Source of the DNA: Gnetum montanum | Lineage: Eukaryota; Plantae; Gnetophyta | Direction of reading: 5' to 3' | Assembly: GCA_015680685.1 (NCBI GenBank) | Contig: MNCI01002485.1 | Span: 398,125 to 462,124 of the forward strand | DNA: 64,000 bases | Shown here: one piece after another, positions 37,401 through 49,524 of the stretch | Numbering within the stretch: position 1 is the first letter of the stretch | Layout: the number at the start of each line of letters is the position of its first letter | Position numbers and translations under genes: made by a program | Notes under the pieces: generated by a model | What the model saw: only the letters and a program-made list of their open reading frames with translations | Told to the model about the DNA's origin: nothing | The model's database searches: none

Positions 37401-39446
37401 TTCTAGATCTCCTCCTCCTAGCTTAGTCATGGGGGAGACCACCATCTAGGCTAACAACCTCTATAGGCTCCTTAATTTTTTTGAAATTTTTTGTTTTACA
37501 CCTTTTTTTTTACAATATCGTTAGTACATTTGACCATTCTTACTTACTTTTTCTTTCTTTCTTTAATTATTTCTATCTTATATATGTACTTATTCTTTTA
37601 TTGTTTTATACTTTTCATTAATAAGCTATCTTATTATCGCAGGATGTACTGATGCGATTGTTTCTCTTTTAGATGGTTTGCATGATATGGTCCACCTATT
37701 CTATCTAACTCCTGCCTTAGAATTGTTGTTCTAGGAAGTCATGTTCTACTTTTATTTCATGTAATAGGTAGTGAGTCCATGTCATCCACCCATCCACCCA
37801 CTCCACAATTTTCCTTATTTTCGAAACATGCAAATCCCATTCAATTAAAAAAAACTTTAATTAATTTGTAACCTACATAGTTCTTGAATTGGAGGTAGAT
37901 CCAACAATTTGAATAGGGTGTGACCTCAACGGGAATGCAACATTCTTCGTACTATTTAATTTCCTTGTATGTGAGCATGTGTCCTCATGGACTTCTTATC
38001 ACTCCATAGCCTTTCATAACAAGAAGTTAAATGGTAATTTTTCCTTGCACGGTGTGGTCCTCGTCATTCAAAAAATAAACAAAAAATAAACAAAAACAAA
38101 ATATGAGGATTCAAAGCACATCCCTTAGACCACCTCTAACGAGCAACAAGAACTAGTTATGGGACTTGTTTTATCCCCTCTAACTTAGCCCCTTTTTCAC
38201 TTCCTATTTCTCACTATGTTGGAGTGGTGGTTGTTTGTGGGAGCATTCTTGTGCCTCCAAGGAATGGACTAGTCTTCAAATGTTGATGTGATGTCACTGA
38301 GCATGGTTGGTTTTGGGTATGGACTGAGGATGGATCCTACTAGGTCACTTAATCATACAATTCACAAGAGATTTCATGTGACCAAACTTAGAAATTCCAT
38401 TTCACTCACTCTTCTCTCCATCATTTTCTTCTCATTACTCACCTCACTACTAATTTTATGTTTTGAATGTCTGTCATACTTTGCTAGAACTTCTAATTCT
38501 TTAGCTGGTTCTCCTAGATGTGAGTATTAACTCATAGTTAACATTAATTAACTACAAGGTCCATGTACTCTAATGTTGATAATGTGCAAGGGCCACTAAG
38601 GCTACTACCTGCTATGGGGAGGACCCACTTGCACATCCTTTCATTCTGTTTGTTAATCTCCTATCTCTTTGATATAGTTGGTTGATCATTTCTATGTTGG
38701 CTATCGTGCAGCCCTTCATCCACCAAGTTCCATGCTTTGATATTCTCCTAATTTTTACTCTTTCTTTGATCACAATTTTCCTTCCTTTTTCTCTCATATT
38801 ATTCTTTGGTCTTGATGTTCTTGAATCCCCCCAATGTTATGCTACAATTCACAACTTTGGACTTTTAATTCATCAATCAATGCTGGTCAACCCCATAGAA
38901 CAACTGTGTCAACTAGGCCTCGTATATGCACCCACCTACATTTATGTAGCCTCATTTACGCAGCCCTGTCGATGCAAGACAAAAATACTATATATACCCA
39001 TGTTGCACCTTTGAAATTTTTCCATTTCTTCACAAAGCTAGGATAGATTTTCCATTTTCCTACGTCAAGTCTTCTTTCTGAGCATCAAATGTGTCCACCA
39101 TGTGTCCCAATCCAACCATTCTTTCAACCCTTTCACTACCAGAGGTATGCTATACATCGTGGGACGGAGGTGGAGGTCAATGATTATTATGATTACTAAA
39201 TTATAATGATTATCAAAGAGTTAACACCTCTTAGGGGATAGAAAAATAAAATAAAACAAACAACAAAATAGTTACAAATTGAAACTCATCATGTTTTTTT
39301 ATTTTTTCTAACCACTCAACTACACTCCAGAGAACCTAACAAGATGCATGTGTCAGTGTCATAGCTTGGTCAAAATGAGAAGGTATATGATTGCAATTTT
39401 GAGCAACTTATACACATTATATTTAATGGTTATGTTATGATTGTAG

Positions 39447-42330
39447 ATGGCACCTAAACTAAGGCATCCAAGGGGAGAAGGACTATCCCAACCAAGGGAC
39501 AAGCAACCTAGAACAGGAAGAGGATGAGGTGCATGACCTCAAGAGCATGTGGAGGGCTCACATGCAACTAGCCCCCTTCGTGAACGACCTAATGTGGAGT
39601 TTGTTCATTAGATTCCCAAAGAGGACATCCCTAGTAAATAATCATGAAGGGATGAGACTCCAGTGGTAGCACCATGGCTTGAGGTCACCCTAACCCAGGC
39701 CTATATTGAGGCTATTAGGTCGAGGGAGCTACAAAAAATGGTCCTTTAGGAGTTGAACTTCAAACCATTTCTAGAAAATACACCAAAAGAAGTCAAAACT
39801 CAACCACAAAATTCTCCTATGTGACCAATCATCACATCTAGTGGTGAATGGTACCTAGGAGAAACTTATCTCTTCTAGACAAAGCAGCAATTGGGGTCCA
39901 AAGTAAGAATCAAAGACATTCATATATCTTACTCTACAGAAGCAATTGCACAAGCTCTTGGGTTGCTAGAGACCAAATCTACTATGCTAGAGATTCCCAA
40001 ACAAGTAGACCCCGAGGTAAAAGGGATGTGGATCAAGTAGTGCTATGGGGTAGAATGTAAGAAGTTTGGCACACTAACCACTACAGAGAGGGTTTACTCA
40101 AAAATTGCATCTTACCACTTGAATCCAACAATAAGACCCAGCAAGATCACTACCTTTTTTTCTTGTGCATGTGTCACTCTAAGCAAAAAGTTTTCTATTA
40201 ACCTTCCACAGTTTCTTTTCCTTGAAATTGAGAAAATATTTGCTGAAAATGAATGTGGAAGGTGAGCTCTACCCTTTGCCTGCCTAATCAAAAAGTTGTG
40301 CAAATGGGTAGTGATAGCACGATATGCTAATGATACACTACATCACGCCCCAATTTCCTCATAGCGAGAAATGATGTAAGACAAGACTCCTGCCACTACA
40401 CAACTAAGGGAAGAGCAGTAACCACCTCCACTACCTACATAAACAATAAGGTCAACTCACAGATGATCGTAGAACACATACACAAGATCCAACAATCACT
40501 CTTGAGCCAACAGGAGCAATCAATAGGAACCGATGGTGGAGAAGGCCCTTTGGTCTATCACCTTGCAATGAGCCATCTTGAACAAGTGGCTTAATCGATG
40601 AGTCTACTAGAAAGAGTAGGGCCAATGTTTTCTATCACGTGAACACAAGTGCCTACAAGAACAGACCCTAGTGTCCAAGAAGTAATGGTGTCAACCCAAC
40701 AATTATTTTCTAAAATTTAGGAAATGCCACTACTTTCTTAGTGATCTTGGAGGATGGAGAAGGGGCAACTATCCTGGTAATGCAACACCAAGGATAAGAA
40801 GTTATGGTAGAAGTGGTTGCTAATATAATTACTATAGCCCTTAATGCACCTACAGTGCTTGTACCATATGTACATGGACTTGGAGATGTACAAACATCTG
40901 TAGGAACTCAACATAGTAGAATCAATGCAGCCCAACATGAAGATTTATTGGACCGACTGATGGGAACTGGGCAACCACTTCCAAATGTTTTTGTTCTTCT
41001 GGACAACATCATTGCAACCCAGTCAAAGCTACTCTCAGCAATGGGCAAGTGCCTCATCTTAGAGGGGCAACTTGAAGTAGCCCAGGGTGATCATCAATGC
41101 TTGGCTATGGAAGTTGCCCAACTAAGGGCCCAACTTGCTGATCTAGCTCTTCTCAACCATGAACTAACTAGGGATGAAGCTTTTCAATAGCTCCAAACCA
41201 AACTTCAAAAAATTGATAATGAGCAAGAGTTGGCAATCTTTAATAAGTCCTTAATAGACTCCCATTCTTACCATCTAAACAAGGACTTGGTAAAGGTTCA
41301 CCAGGAGAATATCAAGTTGACCACAAAATTTCATCACCTACATAATGTTGGTGTTGAAAATCAACACATGAAAGATTTTATCCATCAATAGCAGGAGGAG
41401 CTATATAGGGTAAACACTAATGTAAGGATATTGGCAACTGAAAATCATAATCTATCCATGGAGGAAGTTCGAGCCTTGTGAAAAAAAGAAACTATTGAAA
41501 TTTCCTCTTGGAGAAATAAGGCCCTTAAGTTTGAACAAGTAAAACATCATTATAGGAACCAAGTGGGATTGCAAAAGGAAGTAAATGAAAAAGATATTCA
41601 AGTCACAAAGGCTAAGATGAACCAAACACTCCAACAGCTTAGGGAATGAGGCAAGGTATGGCAGCCCATCTTCGATGGATTGAATGCCTACAACCAAGCT
41701 AAGATCCATCTCAAAGAGCTGTAGATGGAAGAGATAATAGAATACATGGAATCAGTCAATCTCTTTTATGCAAACATGGCTATGCTAATAGTTGGAAGGT
41801 TACAGTCTGACCTAGAAAAGCAAGTGGCCACCTCGTATTCTTTATGTGAGGGTGAGTTCCAAGTGCATAAATAAATAAAACAAAAGTTAGAAATAGCAAA
41901 TTTAGAACTCGAAGTTCTCCACACCCATTTTAAAGGACAATGTGCAGTTGTAGAGAACTTGGCCCAACGAATGAATGACTACTAGAAGCTACAAACATTA
42001 ATTTGAGTGTTCAATATCAAATGAAAATAGTTCATTGCTTGGTTTGTTAATTTGAAGGAACTTTTTCTTGTACTTCCATGTCCTTGGAATGTTCCTATTC
42101 TAGCACACATTGGCAAAGCTACCTAGATGGTGAATAATCCCAAAAGTAAGGAGGATAAAATGAGGGCATTTTTGGAGGCTTTTTGATTACCTCCAGAAGT
42201 TGCAACTACTATAGGGAAACTGTCATCAATGCGTCAACCACCACATGTGTCAGAAGCTTGTGAAGGTCCATCAGAACCACCGACACCAAGGAAGGTGTGA
42301 CCTTCTCTAGCAACTTTAGCATTTTTGGCA
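39447..42330 (+). pseudogene. Degenerate env-like/extra ORF of B (plant-transposon-protein-type domain followed by a long coiled coil)
   Basis: Starts TTGTAG-ATG GCA CCT AAA (MAPK). ~40071-40320 reads ERVYSKIASYHLNPTIRPSKIT...SINLPQFLFLEIEKIF...ALPFACLIKKLC. Heptad-rich from 40804 to ~42000. Confidence 0.7.
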
Positions 42331-42537
42331 AGGTGGAGAATCCATTTTTGTTATGGTGTTCAGTTTTGTCTCTAAACACTACAATTTTATAATTTATTTT
42401 TCTGTACACTCTAGCACTTGGTATGTCAATAGAGTCAGTGTTTATGTAGATGTGTCTTATCATGTGTGCTGTAATAACTTCATACCTTCCAAATTGTAAT
42501 AAACTCAAGGACAAGTTTCCATGCAATCATGGGGGTA

Positions 42538-43434
42538 TGATGAAGTATTCAATTGATACGTCAATTGGGATACATTAATAGAGCCTTGTTGATGTAGCCA
42601 TGGTGATGTGACCCTGTCGACATATCCGTTCATGCATTAATGTTACCCCATTAACACAAAGTCTATATCTCTCTATAAATATGCACGCACCCATAGCATT
42701 TATAGCATCTTTTTGAGTTAATTATAGCAAAGTTCTTGCAATTTGTTTTCATACAAGTTAGAATATTTTCCAAGTGCCTACAACAAGAGTGACAAGGATG
42801 TACGACTCTTTATTCGAGCACTAATGTACTTAAGCCCATTGGTGTGAGTGGCAATAAAGACGAGCTTTTTCAACATTCCTTATAGCATTTGGATTTAATT
42901 ACTTAAGCATTAAAACACTTTAATATTTTGACATTTTAAGCATTCCAAATTCCTTTATTATTATCTCTTTATGGTTATATCCCTTTTCATAGTTTATAAG
43001 AACCATGGGCATGACCATCTTGAACATATACCTAACACTTGCAACCTAGTGATGCTTAACATCTAGTAACCCAACAATGGTTAGGGTATGCTCAGGGTGT
43101 GCATAGAAGATGGGATCAGTTGCTTATGCTAGGGAGAGTTATGCGATAGAGTAGAATAGTCACAAAGTTATACAACTTTCCATTTCCTACACTAGAAGAA
43201 TCATACCTTAAAAGATAAAAGGAAAAATAATAAAAATAATTTTTCTCAATCTCACTCAACCATCTCTTTAGAATATCACAAGTGAGGTTGGGAAGAAAAT
43301 GACCATTCTAACTAAGGTTTTGTTGGCTAGAATTCTATGTACATAAGTGCTTGTAATCTGTAGAATTCAACTGAGTCATGTGTGCATGCTCATGATTCAT
43401 ATGGTTGGGTATAGGGGTACCTCAACACTCATCA
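42538..43434 (+). repeat. 3' LTR of B (897 bp)
   Basis: Follows CATGGGGGTA; ends CTCATCA plus TSD. Confidence 0.93.
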
Positions 43435-45139
43435 AGCTCTTTGTTTTATAATGACTAGGTCACTAGAGCCTTGCCAAGTACCTTCCCTCTAGGAAAAAAA
43501 TATAAATGTTTATTTTTCATTTGAAAAGAAAATATACAAGTAAAACAATAAACTAGGCTATTATTATACCTTGGTGTTGGTGGTAAGTGTTGACGACCGT
43601 TTGGGACGCGACAGCCAACGAGTGTCCTCGAACAGGATTNGTTCGACTTGCTCTCAAGGCAAAACTCATCCAAAGGATGAAGCACCTTGAATAGATGAAG
43701 TACCTTGAGTAGCCTTAGTTTATGTTCCTTTAGTTTGTGCACCTTGGATTAGTTCATTCTATGACTCAAATTGCACTATCAAATACATAAAAAGACATAA
43801 GGAATAATAAGAATTTAAACAATATATATGTATATATAAATAACTTGCTACTTCCCTTTTGATTTGTGGCCTATTCTAAAGCCAATTAATCCTTCCTTGG
43901 ATTCTTAATTTAACTTTGTATAATTCTATTCTTTTGAAGAAATTTAGGACATATATTGGGATTATAGCAACTAAAATGTTTGGTGGAATGGTTACAGCTT
44001 AGGATTAAACACATTATCAAGGGTACACAACATATAATATAAGGTTTCTTGGGAATCTATAAGGTAGTAGTCGCTCCATTCATGGCATTGTATAGGGCAG
44101 AGATACAAGATAATGACCAATCATAAACTCTACTATTCTTAGCACCATGTAGTATTAAAAATGGAGTGCCACTAACACAAGTTTGTTTTTGATGTTATAA
44201 GACCTTATTATGGATGAATTGGCATAAATCAAAGTGAATTTCATTACTAAAATCTTCACAAAAAAATTGCCTTTTATGAACAACAGAATCACAAACATAA
44301 GTGAATAGTTTTCTCTTAAAAAATAATTTAGACATAACAGAGAAAGCCAAGGGAAGTAAAGGATCCTTCCGATGGTGAAAACTAAAAACTATCTAGATTT
44401 TAGTTAGATTAATTGTTAGTGCTCCAAAAACTAATCATGAAATAGAACTTCTACATTTTTTTTGTATTAATTACACCATTCAACTACAAGGCCTTTGCAA
44501 TATTTTACCTTGAAAATAGGGAAGACAATTAATCCAAAAAATTTTGAAGTCTTAGGATATTGAAACTCCTCCTTTTTAAGCAAACTAAAGATACAATTGC
44601 AAGTAGTAATGGCATTATTTTGATGTATAAAAATGGATACTAATCTAGAGCTACATGAAGGAGCTAGCTAGAGAAGAAGTTTGATGGCTTGGGGCCATGA
44701 TGATGTCAATTGGAATCCTTGAAGTCACTTGTAGAAATTATGTAATCCTTGAAGAATCCTTCAATTTTTTATTGGTGTTATGCTATTATTGGAAAAGACT
44801 TCTTTTTTTCATATATTTATAAAAGAACAGCAAGAACCATAGTAGGAAAAAAGAGGAAGTACCAACTTAAGTTAATTAATGATTTAATAAAGCTAATGCT
44901 TACTTTTTATGATTTTGTAATTTATAGGTCAACCAAAATTTTTCTATCTCTAGTTGAGTATGTAGTGCTCTCCAAATTATTCCAATGATATCAATTTCAT
45001 TGAAATCCAAATTATGGTTTGGGAGATATAGTGTTTCTTGGGTTGCATGAAACTTCAAATTAAAAAAAATACAAAAGTACCTTTTAAAATTTTAAATTTA
45101 ATTTTTAATTAAATATATATATTCAAGGCACACATCCCT

Positions 45140-45300
45140 TATAGGGACATGTATCCTACAAGGGTTGCATTGGCCTTGTAGAGCCATGAAGCCCCAAGTA
45201 GGATTGCATTAGCCCCGAGTAGCACCATGCAACCCCAAGTAGGACCATGTTAAACCCAAGTAGGGCAACACAGCCCCAAGTAGGGACATGTTAGCCCTAG
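45140..45300 (+). repeat. Degenerate ~20-bp tandem repeat (AGCCCCAAGTAGGG.CATGT) in the F leader
   Basis: CCCCAAGTAG-like cores recur every 20-21 bp. Confidence 0.7.
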
Positions 45301-45469
45301 CCCTATAGATAGGAAAACATCACCTACCATTGCTCTGCCACAACCAATTGCGCTCCACCACCAATCACACTTCACTGCTACTAGTCATCTTATGCTATCC
45401 CTATTGCCATCACACACTGCCTCTACCTTGCCTTGTGCTACCTTCACCACTATCATGTGCCACTAACAA

Positions 45470-45805
45470 ATGCTGATAGTGTCATCTATAACAACCCATC
45501 GCAAGTACTATGAACATTGATGACACTTCATAATGACCCATTGTAGGCACTGCAGACATCGATAGTGTTATTCATAATGGTTCATTGTCGGCATTGCAAG
45601 CACCAATAGTGCCATCCATAATGACCCATTATGGAGACTGTAGGCACCGACAACACCATTCATAATGGTCCATCATGCATATGATGGGCACATATGGAAT
45701 CATTCATAATGGTCCATCCTAGGCATTACGAGCACCAATGACATCATCCATAATAGCCCATCTTAGGCATTGATGGCACTACCAATAATGGCCCATTTTG
45801 GCATC
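45470..45805 (+). repeat. Degenerate 44-bp tandem repeat (~8 copies) in the F leader
   Basis: CATAAT core at 45529, 45573, 45617, 45661, 45705 and 45749. Confidence 0.8.
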
Positions 45806-46589
45806 CTCTGGCAATGAAAACCTTGGAAACCTTGTCCAACACTACTTATCACATGGTCCTTGTGAAGGCTACATGGACTCTTGTGTGAGCTACATAGGTA
45901 GCTCCTGGGCTATTTCAACCTAAAGCAAGGTGTGTATGCCTCATTTGGGATCACCATAGTAGGAAACAATGTTGTCACTAAACAATCTCCACTACACCAT
46001 CACCTATCATCAATGCTCACTGGCACTACCATGCTTCCTCCTACCCACCATCGCTACCACCTTACCTCATCTACCATTGCCCTCATGTGCATCCACTACC
46101 TCATTTCTTTGCCTTGGAATCCATCATTAGTGCACCACTACAACCATTACTATCATCATCCCTATTGTCAATCAACAGGAAAGTTCTCCCATAGTAGACA
46201 AATTTTAAAATTCCTATCAGGTAATGGAAAATTTAATATTCCTATCATTGACCTATTTATTTAAATTAAAAATATGTAAAAATAAATTTCAAAAATAGAA
46301 TTTGGCATCTCAGTAGCAAATTAGATAAAAATCCCATAATTAAGCTTGCTCATCCTAGAGTAGAACTAGGATGGATTATCTCTTAAGAAGTCTTTAAATT
46401 TATGTAAGTTTTTTCAACATAAAATAGTTAAAAAAATTTATTTCAAAATCCATTTTCAACCAAATGAAAATTGATTTTAATAGAATTGAACCTCACAAAT
46501 GCAATGAAATGGTCATATTTAGCCTTTGGACAAAAGAAAACTATCTTTTAATTCCTTACTTAAGGTTCCAAAACAAATTAGGATTCTAC

Positions 46590-49172
46590 AATGGGATAGA
46601 GATTCATGATAGTTTCAAGTTCTTCTAGAACCCATTAACCATCTATAGACCCATAAAAAAATCCATAGAGATCAAGGATTGCCAACATGCTTGATTTCTC
46701 AACTTACCGATGTCTAGAACCCAAAGAGTACATTGGAGAGCGATGGAGACCTAAGTCAATAACCAGTTGAATGCCCTTGAGGATCAAATTAATGAGATCA
46801 AGGGTATTCAAGAAGAGCTTTGTCAATCAAATTCGTGGTTCAAGATAGAGATGTAGAACATGTTTGAAGAAATTAGAAAATTGTCTCAAATTTTAGAGGA
46901 TAAATGATTAGATGTGCAAGGAAAGATGGATTCTTTTGTGGATTCAATCAAGAAATTAATTAACCATGGCATGCAACCTTCCAATCCAATCCATGTGCAA
47001 CATAGGGATTAATGGCAAGATCAATCTCTACACTATAGAGATCAAAATCAAGATCAACTTCCCACTAGGAATCCACATTGAAACCAACCCCCATCTGTTG
47101 ATCACCAAGATACCAATATCCCTTCTTTAGGTCATAGAGTAGAAGCTGAATGTGAGGGATATGGGAACTAACATAATGCATCCAGAGAATTGCTAACTCA
47201 AGTTCATGTCAAGAAGGTAAAATTAGACCATTATGATGGAGCCCTTGGATTTAGTGCCAAGGCAAAAGATTGGCTTAATACAATGAAAAGTTACTTTGAT
47301 ATGTTGGATCTATGAAGTCAAAAACACCTAGAAGTTGTCTCCCTATATTTAAGAGGCCTTGTGGAAACATAGTGGAATGGACTAAGATCTTAAGGTTTGA
47401 TTACAAATTGGCTTAATTTTTGTTGATATTTTGAGCAAAAATTTGTACCAAATTCTTTTCTCAAAGAACATAAGATGAGACTTGATTCTATAAGATTGGG
47501 AAGACAATTCATAGAAGATTATTATAAGGAATTCTATGACATATCTTGGTATGTAAGCAATCAAGATGAGGGAGAATTAGCTTCAAAGTTCATTGGTGGA
47601 TTACATGCACAACTACATCCCCAAACATGAGCACATAATCCTTAAATCATTGATGAAGCATATAGAATTACTAAGGATTATGAAGAATCCAAACAACTCT
47701 TCAACAAGTAATCCTTCAAGAAGTAGTGATGGAAGAAACACCAACCAAAAGAGCTCACTTGGGGTTGCGATGTTTTGTTTGTGGTGAAAATCATTTCAAA
47801 TAATCCTATCCAAAATTGCAAGCAAATGTACAAAGGACTAATCAAACTAGGAACCAAAAACTAAACCAGAAGATGAACAAAGGAAAAATCCAAACCACCA
47901 CCATAGTCATAAAGAAGATTTCTACATCAACTATGTTAAGTTTGCATAAGTTTCAATTTTCTTTATTAATTTTTAAAGGTTCAATTAAAGGTAAAAAATT
48001 AAGTTTTTGATTGATAGTGGCACTAGCGATAACTTTATTTCTCCAGAGGTAATTACTTTATTAAAATTAAGTTTACCTTCCAAGAAAATTATTAAGATAG
48101 AACTTGCAAATGAAACAATTGTGAGTAAGCATACCAAGTACAAATAAATTACCTTTACTTTGTAAAATATGCCTTTAGTTGGTGAATTCTTTAAATTTGA
48201 ACTAGGTGATGTTGATGTGATTTTAGGAATGTCTTTTCTATAAAAATTTGATATTAGTGCCCACCTTGGAACACAGATTTTAAAAGTCCCAACCACTAAT
48301 GGAGTCAAATTCTAAGGGGGGTAGGAATAGCAAAGCAAATTCATTGAATGACCATTAAGTAAGTCAAAAGATTAGTCAAAAAGAATGATACGATGTTGGT
48401 TGTCAAAGTAACCCAACCTCAGAAATCTTCAGGCATTGAGATTCAAAAAAACTTGAGGAATATATAGATTTAGTATTTGGTGAAACTATAGAACTACCTC
48501 CAAAAAGAAAAATTGAGCATGTTATTGATATTTTTCCCAATTCAAAACCTATTTCAAAATCCCCTTAAGAGAATTGAAAGTACAATTAGATCAACTATTG
48601 GAACAAGGGAACTTTAGCCCTAGCATATCACCTTGGGGTGCACTAGTCTTATTTGTTAAGAAGAAAGATGGTATGTTAAGATTATGTATCAATTATAGGG
48701 CATTAAATAAAGTAACAATTAGAATTACTTATGCTTTTTCTAGGATCGATGATTTGTTTGATCAACTTATGGGTGCATGTTATTTTTCAAAGATTGATTT
48801 AAAATCAAGTTATCACCAAATAAGGATTAAGGAAAAAGATATTGAGAAAACTAGATTTACAACTAGATATGAATTATACAAATTTGTGGTGATGCCATTT
48901 GGATTAACTAATGCACTTGCAACATTTATGACATTAATGAATAATATCTTTCATGAATATCTTGATTATTCTATTATAGTATTTATGGATGGTATACTTG
49001 TTTATTCTAAGTCAAGAGAAGAACATGTCAAATGTTTGAAAATTACAATGGAAATTCTTAAAGAGCAATAGTTGAAATAAAGATTGAGTAAATGTGAACT
49101 CTTTAAAAAAGAAGTCTCTTATTTAGGCCATATGATTTCTAAGAAAGAATTACAAGTAGATTTAGCAAAAAT
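46590..49172 (+). pseudogene. gag-pol: Degenerate gag-PR-RT of F, truncated after RT
   Basis: Protease FLIDSGTSDNFIS (~48003-48042); RT ORF 48574-49071 [15 protein letters not shown]...RIDDLFDQL...[15 protein letters not shown]...[14 protein letters not shown]. Confidence 0.9.
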
Positions 49173-49524
49173 TAGTTATGAAGCCTAGATTTGTAAGTGA
49201 TAAGAGTCAAATGAAGTGGGACAAGAAGGGACTAATCCCCCCTTTAGCTAGATAGCCTAACCATGGTGGCAGTGCCAGATTGCCTCTAAGGCCTAAGTGG
49301 CATGGGATGATAACCTAGAGGGCATTATAGTAAACCACTCTTGTTAATAAAATTTTTATTTCTATTTTCTTTCCTATTTCATGTAGTAGTTATTAACTTA
49401 CCAATTATTTATTTATTGAAGTAATTTATGATATTTTTGTTATATTACTTACAAATGTGATGAATACAATAAATTAAGAGATGAACAATCATATTTTTAT
49501 GACAACGAGGAGTGAGATGTCACA
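49173..49524 (+). repeat. Partial 3' LTR of F
   Basis: Matches ~16770-16795 plus 28606-28921; ends GATGTCACA. Confidence 0.85.

Larger units (their letters stand above)
30132..43434 (+). mobile_element. Athila-like element B, full length, with env-like extra ORF
   Basis: LTRs 30132-31029 and 42538-43434 (T[A/G]ATGAAGT...CTCATCA); TSD GGCTC/AGCTC; Asp-type PBS 31031-31048; PPT ~42530-42537; gag-pol. Confidence 0.93.
29097..44698 (-). pseudogene. Multi-exon antisense gene of F between PBS and gag (plant-transposon-protein/env-like or PMD-like domain plus C-terminal coiled coil); one exon split by Athila B
   Basis: Exons approx. 44698-44509, 44388-43849, 43775-43570, 43488-43440+30131-30085, 30004-29438 and 29348-29097, with short AT-rich introns (mostly GT..AG). 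Exon 2 reads FDLCQFIHNKVL*HQKQTCVSGTPFLILHGAKNSRVYDWSLSCISALYNAM...YIICCVPLIMCLI. TATA CCTATAAAT at ~44928-44920. Confidence 0.62.
16603..49524 (+). mobile_element. Chromovirus (Tekay-like) element F, inserted in the 5' LTR of G; internally deleted (RH, INT, PPT missing)
   Basis: 5' LTR 16603-16795 plus 28606-28921 (TATAACGTCCC...GAATGTCACA); PBS TGGTATCGAAGT 28924-28935; gag-PR-RT ~46590-49172 joined directly to a partial 3' LTR ~49173-49524. Degenerate TSD CCCAT/CTAAT. The flanks rejoin the G LTR. Confidence 0.8.

Noticed and set aside
39447-42330. True retroviral envelope gene
   Set aside because: No clear signal peptide, fusion peptide or transmembrane anchor visible. 'Env-like' is only a positional label.
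45932-46264. His/Thr-rich 110-aa ORF (and 2753-3304 ORFs)
   Set aside because: Compositionally biased CAC/CAT-rich leader sequence of elements F and H; no domain recognised.
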